From: Camelus ferus
Lineage: Eukaryota
Length of the DNA stretch: 64,000 nucleotides
Direction: 5' to 3'
Assembly (NCBI RefSeq): GCF_009834535.1
Contig: NC_045697.1
Span: forward strand, 17,672,001-17,736,000
The notes under the pieces were generated by a model. The model had not been told where the DNA came from, searched no databases, and saw nothing but the letters and a program-made list of their open reading frames with translations. This document shows positions 12,320-25,985 of the stretch, piece after piece (positions within the stretch are counted from its first letter, which is position 1; each line of letters opens with the position of its first letter). The translations under genes and the position numbers were made by a program.

Positions 12320-12822
12320 AGCTTTCCTTGCCTTTTAGAAAAAGCTCAAACTCCTCATGCCATCACAAGAGCCCTCATGAACTGGCCTCACCCTGCAGAC
12401 AGTGTCGTCCCTGCATTCGGGCAGCACCGCCCTCCTCACTGTTCCTCAAACACACAGAGTTTTTTTCTGCCTCCACCATTTCCTCAGTCTGGAATATTCC
12501 AGCCTTGGCTTTGGGTGAGGCTGGCTCCTTCTCTCATTCAGGGCTCAACTCGATGGCCGCCTCCTCGGAGAGGCCTCCCCGGTCCTCCCTGGTCCTCCCT
12601 GCCCAAGGGGGACACTCCGTCCCTCTACCTCACCAAACTGATCAACCTCGGAGATCATCTTGTTCCCTTGTGTGTGTTTCTCGTCTGTCTCTCTCTCTCT
12701 CCTAAACACAAAACATTTGTCTATTTTGTTTGAATCTTATGCCTGGTGCTGAGAACCGTGCTGGCGTATAATCAAGCTTCATCCAGGGCTGCTGAATGAA
12801 TGACTGAATAAATGAATGAATG
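12320..12822 (+). mobile_element. L2 3' fragment
   Basis: L2-like text (ctcactgttcctcaaacacac..., cagggctcaactcgatggccgcctcctcggagaggcctccc) ending in a (TGAA)n tail. Confidence 0.65.
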
Positions 12823-13527
12823 AAAGTAGGGGTGAGAGAAGAAAGCCCTTCAGACTTGGGAGTTCACTCCCCATGGAAAGTGCAGTTGCCTGGCAGGGGC
12901 AGCCCGCTGGAAGGCCCTGGCTCCCCGGGCCAGGGGTGGGGACAGAGCAGGCAGGGTGGGGCTGGACAGGGGCTCGGCAGCGGGGGCAGGTCTGACAGGG
13001 TCCCTGACAGACAGCTGGACCCAGCTTAGGAGCTGGGGCTTGAATTTTCTTTCTATTAGACAACACTGGTCTAAATTGTGAGCAATGGTGTGTTAGTGTG
13101 GGGAGGTCAGAGATATCTGGAGCAGTCAGGAAAATCAGACAAACCTCAGATCAGGTGATGGGGTGGGGGTAGGATGGCATTGGAAGCAGTCTCCTTTGAT
13201 TGTTGTCTTTAATTTCCCTGTGAATAAAATAAACTGTCTTTCCTTTTCTCGTCTTGTCTTGTCTCCAGCCATTGCTCACTCATCACCCTCCACAGAATGA
13301 AATGGATTCAGCATCCTCACACGCTGATCACAGTGGAAACACTGGCAGTCTTGCTGCAGATTCTGATCTACTCCTTCACCCTGGTTTCCTTCCCCGAAAC
13401 ACTCCTCATCCAGAAGGGAGCACCTCTGCCTTCTCTGACTTGGGCGTGTCTTCAGGGTTTCTTGAAAGGGTGACATCTGGGGTCTGCTGTCCAGTGTCCA
13501 TGCCCCTCTTCTGGAAGCTGTGTGCTC

Positions 13528-13930
13528 TGTTCTTAGTCTGGGTTACCCTCCAACAAGAGATCCCAAGGCAAGGATCTGGGTGCAAGTGAGTTTGGGGGGA
13601 GGAAATCCCAAAAAAGTACTGTGAGAGAGTAGGGATGCGAGACAGGGGAAAGATGGAAGCTAATAAAGGGTGGATTGATAAGACCACAATAGGCAATGGG
13701 GCTCATTTCTGTGGGGGACACTGAGAAATGGTGCGGATCACATCTCATAGTGGTCCAACTGGGGATAAGCTGGGATACTTACTCACTAACTTTTATTCCT
13801 TGATTTTGAGGGTCAATTGTGCAATATTAACTCTGATATTTCTAGTTTGTTGAGTACACTCTCAGGGGAATAGTAAATGCCTCAGGCAGAAAGGCTAAGG
13901 GGAAATGGGCAGAGTACAGTGCCTGTTACA
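13528..13930. mobile_element. ERVL-class solo LTR (LTR67B/LTR16-like)
   Basis: tgttcttagtctgggttaccctcc...gcaaggatctgggtgcaagtgagtttggggggagg...aataaagggtg resembles old ERVL LTR termini. Confidence 0.55.
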
Positions 13931-14823
13931 CTTTAGAAGACAAGGAAGAGAAATGAATACAAGTAAAATCCTTGATGATGGTTCTGATTTGCTGGATCAA
14001 GCCTTACCTGAAGCTGACATCTAGGCTTCTCATTTACCTACACCAGTAAATTCCACATACTGTTTAAGCTGCTTTGAGTTGAGCTTTATGTTATTTGCAA
14101 CATATTGATTCTTCACTCATTTCTTTCCTAACTTTGTTCCTGCAACAGAGAAGGCTCCCTATGATTTCAAAACCAGGGCTGATGGGTAAGTTATGCCATC
14201 ATTTCCTTCCTGAGATCAGAGTACAATTGTAAGTGAATGAGGAGCTGCCTGAGGTGGTGTCCATGTTCTCTTGTGACCCAGCAGCCATTCCAGTGATGAA
14301 GACCACACTGGGGAACTCATGAACTCTCTCTCAACACAGTCAGCTCATATTCCAAACTGAATCCCACATCCAGTGCATAGATGTTTGTTCCAGAAAACTG
14401 AATTCACATCAAGAATCTTGCTTTTAAGCACAAAGGCTTAAAAGGTTTCTTTGGTGCTTCAGGAATTCTTACAGAACAATAAATGGAAAATAACTAAGGA
14501 GTTATTTATATACAGCATAAAATATTTATTTCCACAAATAATTTATGAAAAATAACTAAGGAAGAAGTTAGGAAAAGAAAGAAATTTCTCTTGAAATTCA
14601 CATCATTTCACAAAGATTCACAGATGTGGGAGGACATCTGGGCTCCAGGAAGATTTAGCATAATACTTGAGGCTCCCCAAAAACCTGTATCCAGTATCTA
14701 CTAATATCCTATCTCTAGTATCCAATCCTGGACCCACCAGCTTGGGTCAGTCAGTTCCTCCTCTCGGTTTTGCCTTTAAGGGTGAGTGGGCCGTTGAGAA
14801 AAGATACAGTTCCATTCCTGATA

Positions 14824-14842
14824 AGGCCACAAGGGGGAGCAC
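14824..14842 (+). promoter_or_regulatory. Candidate CTCF site
   Basis: aggccacaagggggagcac closely matches the CTCF core consensus (tggCCACcAGGGGGcGCta). Confidence 0.55.
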
Positions 14843-16539
14843 CCAAAGATCCTCTGTACCTGAAAGGAAATTGCAGTCCAGTCCATGGAAACTGACAAAG
14901 AAAACTTGATTAAGGTGTCTTCTGATAAAGCTCAGCATCTTCTTGCTAACATGCCAAGAATAATCGCTGAATACTGTCAATCCGTTCAGCTCATCCTCCT
15001 GGGATCGGAGAAGCATTGTCCTGTTAAATCTAGGTCATTTGATTTTGGACATCAGTTTATCTTGGGAAGTGCCCTTACATTTTACAGGGTGAATTTTGGA
15101 GCAACGAGATTAAAGATTCAGAAAGGGTAAGGTTAACACCGAGCCCTTGGCCTGGGAAACTAACAACTGTGCCAGAATAACTATTTACTGTTCTAAAGCT
15201 CTGATCCCCACTTCACAATTGTTTATGAAGAACGCCACCATCACCTCCCTTCCCCACACTTGTCTGGATCTTTTCAACTCATATTTGAATTGTTTCTCTC
15301 TCTCTCCCTCTCTCTTTATTATTATTATCATTTTGCTAGGGACTTTGGATCATTGTAAGATTGCGGGCAATGATAGGCTATAATTAAGCTTAAGACAGAT
15401 TTTTCTTTTAGGGAAGAGGAGAATCAGCTCTAGCTGAGACTCCAGATTGCTGGGGCTGTAATTTGCGGAGCCATCACAAAAGGGCCCTTTCTCCGCAATG
15501 GTGCGCGCGACGATGAGCACGGAGCTGCAGTTGGGGGGCACGTGCCTCTCCCCACGCCTAAATAGCTGAGTATCGCTGGAGGCTGATTACAGGCCAGATC
15601 CTGCTATTGTGCCTCATCAGTTGTCATTGTTGGGGCTGCAATTGCGCTGGGAAGCTTCCCTAGTCGCCTGCTCCAAGCTGGTTTCTAGGACAGGAGAGAA
15701 ACCGTGTGGGGAGCCTGAGACCGGGGTGGAGAGTTCTTCCGGTGTGTCGCCCAGGGAAGGGCTGGGAAGATCGTTGGAAGTGAAAGATGGACTGGCTTCA
15801 GCCGTGATGCCTGGAGCCTTGGTCTTGAAGGTCTGGCTTCCAGACGTATGGATAATCGCTTACGACGAGGGTTAGAGTTGTGACTCTGCCCTCATCAGCT
15901 GTGTGAACTGAAGCAAGCAGCTTAACTTCTCTGGCCTTGGCTTTCTCATCTGTACAATGGGATAATAATACTTACTCTCCTATTCCCAAGGCAGATTTGA
16001 GGCACAATGGAAAGAAATGTGCAGAGCCTGGAGACAGCTAGATGTAGACAGACACAGATAGAGATTAAGGTAGATACACACATGTAATCGGCACAGTAGA
16101 TATGACAACTACCCACATAGATTATTGTGGGTATTGTGTGTGCACGTGTGTATGTGTGTGTAGTTTCTTAGTAATTGGGATCAGATTATAGAGGGTTTTA
16201 TATGCCAGGAGATGAAGTCTGGACTTGATTGCCTAATAATAATAATGATGATGACAAACTCGCATCGAGTGCTTACTATGAGTCAGGCAATGCTCCGAGC
16301 ACTTTCCATGCTTTACAGCAGGGGTTCTTAGGAGGAGAATTCTCGGTACTTGGGCAGGACAGTTCTTCCTCCTCTTTGGGACCGTCCTGGACATTGTGTG
16401 ATTGTCAAGATTCTTGCAGGACCCTCAGTCTCCCTGCCCACCATATATGGCTAGTGCGTCTTCAGTCCTATGACAGTCCAACCTCCTGCACTTCTTAAAA
16501 TATCCAGTTGAGAACCTGTTTGCTGAAGCGTAGGCATGT

Positions 16540-16855
16540 ACTGCCCAGGTCGGAAGCTCCCAGCCACATGTGACTATGCGGTGCCTGAAATGAAGCTCAT
16601 TCAAATTGAGATGTGCTGTGAGTGCAAAATCATACACACTGGATTTTGAAGACTCGGCCTGGGAAAAATTTCTGAAGATCTCATGAATTTTTAAAATATT
16701 GATTATATTATGAAATGATAATATCTTGGATATATTGGGTGAAATAAAATATTTAAATTCATTTCAGCTGTTTTTTTTTTTTTAAATGTGGCTGCTAGAA
16801 AATGTTGAAGTAACGTATTTGTGGTTTGTGTTATATTTGTTTTGGGCTGTGCTGG
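16540..16855. mobile_element. MER33-like hAT-Charlie element
   Basis: agccacatgtgactat...aattgagatgtgctgtgagtgcaaaa...aatgataatatcttggatatattggg...aatgtggctgctagaaaat. Confidence 0.8.
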
Positions 16856-16959
16856 TTTGGATTGGGATGTTGTGGTGGGATTTTGAGCCATCCTGGTGTC
16901 AGAGCTGCTGGGGCAGAGACTGCTAGGCCAGCCCAGCTGGTATCTGTGTTCTATTTTCT

Positions 16960-17405
16960 CTGTACCAACAATATCCTGATTGTGCTTAAAATGGCCTTGT
17001 GTTAAAATGCTCTTTTCCTTAGCTTCCCATGTAACCCAGTTCTTGTGTAAAAGGTACAAATGGGACTCTACTGGATGGGACATCTGGGAAAGCTATTGTT
17101 AGCCAGAGAAAAAGAGGACTTAGCTGATATGTGCCTACTCTCCAATGCTCTTCCCCCTGTTTTTTTGGCCTGGAATGCAGACACAATGTCTGGAGGTAGA
17201 GCAGCTTTCTTGGACCCATGAGGTTGACAATCACACTCTAAGAATGGTGGGAGCAGGAAAGAGAATGGTTCCTTGAGCAGCATCACCAGCCCAGCACTGC
17301 CCACCGCTGGAATTTTTGTGATGTGAGCAAAACAGACACTTCTTTTGGACAGGCCCGTGCAGCTGGGTTTCTCCTACATGAGCTGAACATGAGCCTAACT
17401 GATTA
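16960..17405 (+). mobile_element. Old MaLR LTR (MLT1J-like)
   Basis: gcctggaatgcagacacaatgtctggaggtagagcagc...ccatgagg...cctaactgat. Confidence 0.65.
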
Positions 17406-18029
17406 TCATTATCACATTTTGGAGTCAATACAGTAGATAGTTATCACATTTTCAGTCTGTTCCTAATGTTGGAGCATCCTTGTTATGTTTGAGGAAATTC
17501 TGAAGTTAAGAGATGGGCTTCCCCATGGCAGAATTCAACACACAAATGCTCAGGCCCCTCCCAGCATGAGGCTCTTGCAGTCAGACTGATGTAAGGGAGA
17601 CTTCAATTCAGAGAAACTGGAGAGGGGGGATCTATGTGTTGTGCCCCAGTAGCTGTGACTTGGTGATGGTGCTGCTTCTCCAGAGTCTCGTATTAAACTC
17701 CAGTTCCCCAAGAAAAGACACATGAGCCCTGGACTCCTCAGCAGGAGTGGCTGCTCTGAGATCAGATGCTTCCTTTGGACCTCTGTGACATGGACAAAAT
17801 GCAAGACAACTTAGCATCTCCACCCATCTCATTGCCAGAGGCCACCACGATGCTGGGCTTTTTGAGTTGAAGTTAATGATGAGGAAACTAAGGCAAAAAC
17901 CAAGCCTGTGTAGGGAAACATGACAAGTGAGGAGTTGCTCAAACTTCAGTCTTCTGATCCAAATGAAGTGTGCTTTCCAGCTCAGCCCTCTGCCTTCAGC
18001 CTAAGAAAATATATATAGAGTTTGACAAT

Positions 18030-18410
18030 GTGGATTCAAATCATTTTACCAATCACTTACCCTGCTGTGTGACCTTAGGCAGGTCACTTAACCTCTCTGA
18101 GCTTTGGTTTCCTCTTCTACAGAACCAGTCTCTTGAGCCCACAACCTGTGGTCACACAGGACCTCCTCTGCTTAGAAGGGCCCCCACTTTGTTCCATACT
18201 TGGCTGTCACCATCTTGAAATTCCCAATTTTTGAACAAAGGGCTCAGTATTTTTATTTTGCACTGGACTTTGCAAATGATGTAGTTAGTCCTGCTACTTT
18301 ATAAAATGGGAATAGTATTAACCTCAAAGGTTTGCTGTGAGAATTAAATGAGAAAACAGCTCTTATGTGCTTAGCTGAGTGCCTGGAAATAGCATGTTCT
18401 CAGCAAATGA
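18030..18410. mobile_element. MIR interrupted by a MER91A-like hAT-Tip100 MITE (18120-18293)
   Basis: MIR core gctgtgtgaccttaggcaggtcacttaacctctctgagc resumes as ataaaatgggaatag after an insert carrying ccatcttgaaattc...tttttgaacaaagggc...ttttgcactgg. Confidence 0.75.
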
Positions 18411-18919
18411 AAACTATTCCATGTCGGTGCAGGTTAATTGTCTTGCAGCATCTTCCCTGGCAGGCTAAGCCACTCCCTGGCTCACCTCCATAGAGTCAGG
18501 GCCCACGTGGAGACAAATCTGACAGCCACTGCAGCATCAAGGAAGTGGGAAACCTTAGGTAACCAAAAATTCCCAGAGGTAGGATTTTGTTTCAGTTCTT
18601 TCCAAATGTAAGGGCACATTGAAATTCTATGACTTTGATGCTGCAGATGGAATTTCCTAGAGAACTCCACGATGAGAAATCTAAGCCATGTGATTAGCCA
18701 GAATCACCACTGGCTCATAGCAGACGCTCTGAGCTGCCTTCCTCTTCTGGATGGCTGGCACCCATCTGTGCAAGAAAGAACTGAGGTTTGGGGACCAGAC
18801 CCCTCCTGAATGCTCCTTAAAGCTCTCTGGATCTCGCCTCTTGTTCCAGCTGCTTCTGTAGTGACCAGTTCCAAGCAGACCCTGACCAGCTTTGCCCAGG
18901 GGCAACAGGATGCATTGTG

Positions 18920-19253
18920 TGGGATCAGCCTTGGGAGGACATACATTCCGATGCCATCATCTGGGGCACCCCCAGAGGCTGCCTAACCCAGAAGTGGGCA
19001 ACAGGGAATGCCTACAAGGCTACCCTTAGCCAATGGGGGATGGCAACTGATGGATAAATGCTTCCCTTCCATCCCCTTGGCAGGCAGCTCTGAAATACAG
19101 TTCACACGGCCACTTAGATGTTCCTAGTGGGACCCAGTAGCAGCCTCCATAGAATCAGGCAACTTGTCTTCTCCTCCTGCTGCCAGGGTCACAATCTCCC
19201 TGCAACAAAGCTTTTGTCTCAGGCTCTGCTCTCTGGGGACTCAGGCTAAGACA
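18920..19253 (+). mobile_element. LTR16-like ERVL LTR fragment
   Basis: agccaatgggggatggcaactgatggataaatgcttccc...ttgtctcaggctctgctctctggggactcaggctaagaca. Confidence 0.65.
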
Positions 19254-20049
19254 ATCCCTGTGACTCTCCTAAAATGAAATCTTTTCATAATAACTTACCT
19301 CCACACGTATTTTAAAAAGTATATATATATGATGCTCTAACTGTATTTTAATGGAGAAATAAAAGGAAATAATCAAAAATAAAATAAAATGGCTTTCAAT
19401 TTGTACGTGTTCAGGCAAAACTCTACTAGAAGACCAAGGCAGCAGGGTGGATCCGGCCCCTTCGCGTGGATTCACCATGAACGTGACCTGGTGGGAAAAA
19501 CTGAGAAGGGGGGTCGGGGGCCTGGTTCTGGGAGTCAGCTCTGCCATTAACCTCCTGTGTCATTTGAGTCCTCAGGGCCTCCATTTCCTCAAGGGTAAAA
19601 TGTGGCGTTGAACTGTGTGCTCGTTAAGGACCACTTCTGCTCTATTTCTATACGGTCTTCTGATCTCCCGACCTTTTCTGAACACTTGTTTTCTTGCCTG
19701 GCCTTCCTCCCTCTGTTAGATCAGCCACTGAGAGTTGAAATAATAAAGTCAGTACTGAGGATCCAGACCTGCCAGGCACTGACAGAGGAGACAGATTCTG
19801 CCGTTGTGAAATTTACATTCTGGGGGGAGATGGGGATGGGGGTGGGAAATAGGCAGCAAGCAAACAACTAAACACGGAGCGTGCCTGATAGTAAGAGTAA
19901 CGGAGAAACATAAAGCAGCTGTAGGGTTAGAGAACGTGGGGGTTAGGAGGCAAGGGAGGGTTGCCAATAAATAAACTCCTCATGACACTCATCCCAGAGT
20001 CATCTGTGAGGACCAGGTCTCCTGGAAACGGCTCACATTTGGAATGCCT

Positions 20050-21545
20050 GCTGCTCCAGTCACTAATGCTGCATAAAGAAAGGGCCCAAAATGTAGTGGC
20101 TTAAAACAATAATTATTTCATCATCTTGCATTGTTTCTGTTGTCTAGGAATTTGGGAAGTGCACAGCCAGGTGATCTGGCCTTGGAGTCTCTCCTGCAGT
20201 GCAGTCAGATGGATGCTGGAGCAGCTGAGAGCTGTGTGGACATCTGTCTGTCTTCGGAGGCTCAGAGTTTCTCCAGAGGGTCTCTCTGTGTGAGACAGTT
20301 TGAGCTTCCTCACAGCATGGAGGCCTCAGTGCAATCAGACCCCTCGTATGATGGCACTGGGGGTCCCAGCAAACCAGATAGACATTGTAACACCTTTTAG
20401 GGTAGACTTCCCCTAGGGGGGCCTCTGTGATCATTGTGCCCTATTGTCTATACTCTGTGTAATCCTCTCTCCTTTAGGTAGTGGGAACTGTGACCTGATT
20501 CTAACCTATAGAATGTGGCCAATGCAACGGACTGTCACCCCAATGATTAGGTTACATTATATGCAAAAATGTAAGGATTCTTCGAATGCAATTAAGGCCC
20601 CTAATCAGTTGACTTTGAGCTAATAGAAAAGGAGATGCTCCTGAATGCTCCTGACTTAATCACACGAACCCTCTAAAAGAAGGTCTAGACCATTTTGAAA
20701 GTGAGAGACTCCCCAAAGCAGAGACTCTCTCTGCCCATTTCTTGCTGTTATGGGCTGAACTGAGTTCTCTCTAAATTCATATGTTGAAGCCCTAAACCCT
20801 CACCCCCACCCCACTCCCCACATCTCAGAATGTGACTATTTGAAGATAGGACCTTTAAATAAGGGATTAAGTTAAAATGAGACCATGAGAATGGTCCCTA
20901 ATCCAATCTAATCAATGACCTTATAGGAAGAGGAAATTAGGACCCACAAAGAGACACCCAGAATGCACACACACAGGGAAAGGACCATGTGATAACACAG
21001 CAAGAAGGCAGCCATCCCCTAGCCAAAGAGAGGAACCAAACCTCAGAAGAAAACAAACTGGCCAACACCTTGATCTTGGACTTCCAGCCTCCAGAACTAT
21101 GAAGAAATACATTTGTGTTGTTTAATCCACTGATCAGTGGTGCTTTGTTATGACAACCTTAGCAAAGTAATACACTTGCCTTAATGAAGTCAACTGCCAT
21201 GAATTGCACGGTCACAAGCAAACAAATTCTGCCAAAATCCCAAAGGGGCTTGGAAGTAGCTCCTTCCCTAACTGAGCTTCCAGACAAGAACACAGCCCAG
21301 CCAATGCCTTGATTCCATTCTTGGGAGACTCTGAGCAGAGAATCTAGCTAAGCTGTGTCTGGACTTTTGATCCACAGAGAGTGTGAGACAATAATGAATG
21401 TTGTGATAAGCCACTACATTTGTGGCAATTTATTATGTAACATAGAAACTCAACCCATCTTTTATGATCCAGCCTTGGAAGTCCCAGCACCACTTCTGCT
21501 GCATTTTATTGGGTACAGGTAAGCCAGAAGCCCACCCAGATTCAG
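20050..21545. mobile_element. Triple-nested MaLR LTRs: outer minus-strand MLT1G/H-like > MLT1E-like (20398-21457, +) > MLT1B-like (20746-21174, +)
   Basis: Inner element TG...CA with TSD CTTGC (20741-20745 / 21175-21179); middle element flanked by ccttt/tcttt; outer text resumes after 21462. Confidence 0.8.
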
Positions 21546-23316
21546 ACACTGGAATGGAAGTTATTCCTGGGGCCAAATCTGGAAAATATAGCCTAAGTCT
21601 CCTGTATAATTGAATTTTAATTTGTGGCTCATCATTGAAACTGTAGCTGGTTTCTGCATCTATGTCATTTTAATTTACACTGCAGTTTTCTCCAACTGGT
21701 CTTCACCCAGGCTTCTATGGAGGACTGTTTGAGCCCCTCTGGAGGACATCTGTCTGTTCCTTTGAGGACCCCCTCCCTGCAACATACATAATACCCACAT
21801 AGATTGTAAGACATGCTTTTCCAAATATGCTGCCCACATTTTACGACTCTTCAATTAGACATTTTCTCATGGTGCCTTAGTGGATAGAGACATTGATTTA
21901 TTTTCATAGATTTTCCTTCATCCCACCTTTGCTGGTCCTGGTGGCTGGTTCCATGGGTAAAGTCTGGGGAAGCATGAGTGTGGTGAGCAGACAGGGAGTG
22001 TGTGTCTCAACACCTTGTAAAGCGGTGCCTGATGTAGGTTCTCAGGAGGGCAGAGCGGCTGTGGGAAGCCCCCAGTCTGGGCTTGCACTGTACCTGAGGG
22101 CATAACAAAACCCCGTCCCGGGTGCCCCCCTCTAGGAAGGACCCTGGAGGACGCACAGGCCAAACGGACATCCATCCAGGCTCGTTTCCCTTCGGCAACA
22201 TCTCCACCTAGTGGGCCTGCCGGAGTGGTTCTCCGGCGGGGACAATAACAGCTCCCAGTTGCCCCGGGGAAGGGGAGAACAGGAGCTATCCGGGAGAAAG
22301 AGGCCCTTCATCAGCTTGAGTCTCTGAGCTGCCTTCTTCCTTGACCTCTTTAGCAAGCTGATTGTCTCCACAGCCAGGCACTGTCAAAAGAAAAGGATTT
22401 GCTAAATTCCTCTAGTTTTATTATATAGTGGAGCTTGGCTGACTAGAACAGAGAGTTGTACAGGGAGACAAAGGAGAAGCAAGCCATGGTATGAGGCCGA
22501 GAAAATGGGAAATGCATTTCTTCTACCTCAGGAGGCTGTGGGAGGGAGAGGAGGGAGGCAAGGGAAGCAGAAGGACCAGCCAAGGTCCTGGATGAGGGAG
22601 GTGTGTGGCAGAGATCAAGGTCAGGGCCAAGAACGCAGCAAAGCCAGTGACACACTTCCCCACGTGTCCCCGTGGAAGCTGCAGGCCTGAGAGAAGCCCC
22701 CCCCATCCCCCACCCCCCGCCAGCGGCTTCTCCCCTTCTCCCAACACTGGCGGGCGGCGTGAGGGGAGGGACAGAAACCCTGCAGGGGCAGCTTCTAAAC
22801 CCGTGGGATCTCAACGTTTACACATCCTCATGAGCAGAGCTGCAGAAGCTGAGCAGGCTGGCAGAGGGGCCTGCCAGGAAGACAAAGAGGCCACGGATCT
22901 TTTATTAGGATCCCATTCTGTAGATGAGGGAACTTGCCCAAGGTCACTTTAAATGTGAGACTAGTTAAACTGCTGGATTAGACTGAGTTTACCAGATTGG
23001 CCTACATTTGGTCTACTCCTTACCCAGTGGGATGGGATCCATTAAAAAAAATATTAGATCAATTAGAGGGAAAATACATTAGCTTAACTTTTTGCTTATT
23101 TGAATGGCATGCAAGTCAACTTACGACTTAACTTCAGTTCTTAGCCTGGCCTATCAAAGGTGCTATTTGGTCTGAACTTGAGAGCCAGACAGCTCCAGGT
23201 TTGATCTCCAGTTGAGCTACTCATTAGCTATTTGACTTTGCACAACTTCCTTAACCCTCCAGAGCTTCAGTTTCTTCACACGTAAAGTGATGATCACAAG
23301 TGTATATTGTTCGGAC

Positions 23317-23539
23317 CAGAGGCCAGCAAACATTTTCTATAAAAGGCCAGAGAGTAACTCTTTTAGGCTTTTCAGGTCATGGATTCTGTGTTGCAACTAT
23401 TCAACTCTGGGGCTGAAGCACCAGAGCAGCCACGGGTGACAGGTAAATGGTGAGCGTGGCTGAGCTCTAATAAAACTTCATTTGTGAAATCAGACAGAGA
23501 GCCAGATTTGGCCCAAGAGTCTTAGCTTGCTGGCCCCTG
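23317..23539 (+). mobile_element. Full-length MER58A-like MITE
   Basis: Terminal inverted repeats CAGAGGCCAGCAAAC / GCTTGCTGGCCCCTG; internal aataaaacttcattt hallmark. Confidence 0.88.
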
Positions 23540-24712
23540 GGTAAGCGTATAGGCTCCCCAATAGCAAAGAGACCCCAAGACGAAATCTTGGGTAAGACAG
23601 AACCCATTTCCCCTGTTAACAGTCTGGAGGCTGATGGTACCATTCAGGATCCTGGTTCTCTCCAGCCTTTGATCCTCATCCCTAAGGAATATTCTAGGAG
23701 TGGCTGGAGCCAAGAGAGCAAGCAGCATAAGGTAGGAGAGGAGGTCAGGGAGGTTGTGTGTGTGAGGGAGAGAGACAGAGGGAGACAGGGTGGGGAGAGC
23801 GGTTTAGGGTCTTGCAGGCCATTGTGGGGACGTGGATTTTGCTCTGTGAATGATAGCAAGCCCTGACTTTTCTCGGAGCCACCTGATCTGACTTACATTT
23901 TAACAGGATCCCTCCAGCCACTATGTGGAGAACAGACTAGGGGGAGTCAGTGAAGCAGCAGCGGGGACCAGGGAGGTGGCTGTTGCAATCATCAAGGCAA
24001 GGGACAGCAGTGGCGTGAAGCAGGGCAGATGTGGTCAGACACCGGGCAGATTTTGAAATGGGAATGTGCTTTTATTTTTTCCTGCTGAGAAGATTCATGA
24101 CTTCATACAGCTTATCCAAAGTTGACTCCCCAAAAGATTACAAAGCACATGTGTAGTCCTGTCACATTTGGGATATGACCACAGGCCTCTAGGAACCACT
24201 TTATTTCTGAGCATCATTATAGCAAAGAGCTCCACACTAGCGGGCACTGTATTTTGTTAGACTATGAATCATCCAGTGCTTAACACTGAGTCCGACCCAC
24301 AGCAGGTCCTTAACAAACACTTGCTGAATGGATAAATGAACTTCCCCAACAAATTGCAAAAATGTACATTGTGTAAGAAATAACACGGAGTCTGCCAACA
24401 AGCCAAGCCTGTGTGCTACCGTCCATGCGGATGCCAGCTTTTGCTTTCGAGCTCCTACTATGTGAGGCTGAGAACAAGAGCATCAGGGAGAGATGGAGGC
24501 ACCGGCACCACCAGCGACCCCCAGCCCGAGGTTCCACAGCCTCCCTGGCCTCCTGGTTGTGCTTCAGTAAATCGCAAGCCCATGGACTTTATCATCCTAA
24601 TTACCTGGTTAAAGCTGCAAATTCCACGGGGCTGCCATGTTCATAATCTTCTACCCCAAAGACAAAGCGTAGCAGGAAAGCACTGGGTCTACAGCCTTTG
24701 GGCAGGACAAGC

Positions 24713-25112
24713 TGTAATGGTTAATTTTATGTTGTATCAATGTGCCTGGGCCAGAGGATGCCCAGATAGATGGTTAGATATTATTTGGAGGTGTTGCTGA
24801 TTGAGATTAACATGTGATGAACTAGACTGAGTAAAGCAGGTCTTTGGGGGTGGGGGCCCGTCCTGCCCATTGAAGGCCTGACTAGGGAAAAAGACTGAGC
24901 CAGAGAGAACTCACTGTCTCCGCCTGATGGTCTTGGGTCTTCTCCAGCCTTCAGACTTGGACCAGAATTTACACCAACAACTCTCCTGGTTCTTAGGGCT
25001 TCAGTTCTTGGGCGTTTCCAGCCTTCATAATCAACTGAGCCAATTTCTTATAATAAATCTATCTATCGAGCTATCTATTCTATTTCTCTGGACCGCACTT
25101 CCGGTCTAAAAC
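24713..25112 (+). mobile_element. MLT2-like ERVL solo LTR
   Basis: tgtaatggttaattttatg...tgcccagata 5' end; gagccaatttcttataataaatc...tatttctctgga 3' end. Confidence 0.8.
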
Positions 25113-25985
25113 ACAAGGCTGTTGGATTAAGAGGCCCCCAAAGGATTTCAGCCCACATGAACCATGTCTGTGGATGCAGACCAGAAGGCTGACTAGCAGG
25201 CAGCACAGGACAGGGGCTCACGTTTGCGGCTTTGATGGGTAAGTGAGATGCAAGAGATCCCACGGTGAACAGCAGGAAAAGCTGATCCTGGGGAGTCCTT
25301 GCTGCGGGGAGGACTGGGGACCAGGATGACTTCTCCAAACTGTCGCATCACCCACACAGCACTCTTTGTGTGCCCCGACTCCAAAACTACACATGCAGGC
25401 TTTACTCAGAATGGAGTTACAGAAGAAACACGGACTTTGGAGTCAAACACTGTCGATCAGCAGTTGGGACCTACAAAGCCACAGCTCTTTCATATTTGTG
25501 AATTAAAGCGGGAAAGTAGCACAGTGGAGAGTGCATTCTTTGATGTCATATTTTCCTGGGTTTAAAGCCACGCTTTTCCACCTGCTGGCTGTATGACTTC
25601 AGACAAGTTCTTTAACCTCTCTGTGTCTCTGTTGCTCCATCTATGAAATGGGGATAATGACTGGACTGGTTTTACACAATTTAAGAGAGAAAATAGCCAT
25701 AAGGTTTTCTGAATATCACCTGGCACTGAGCAAGGGCCTTAAGGGTTAGGTGTAATGAGCATTTTCTGTGTGATTTGGGGCAAATGACATGAGCTGTTTG
25801 GGTCTCAGCTTCTTCATAGTATTGACCCAGCCCACTGGTTATGAGGATGAGATGCAAAACTGTATACGTGATGTAAACTATCCAGACATACAAACTAAAG
25901 TGAGAGTGGGGGTGCTTCTCTCCAGCTGCACTTTGAGTGTCTTGAAGACAGTGCAGTGCAGGGGTTAAAAGTGTGGATTCTGGAT

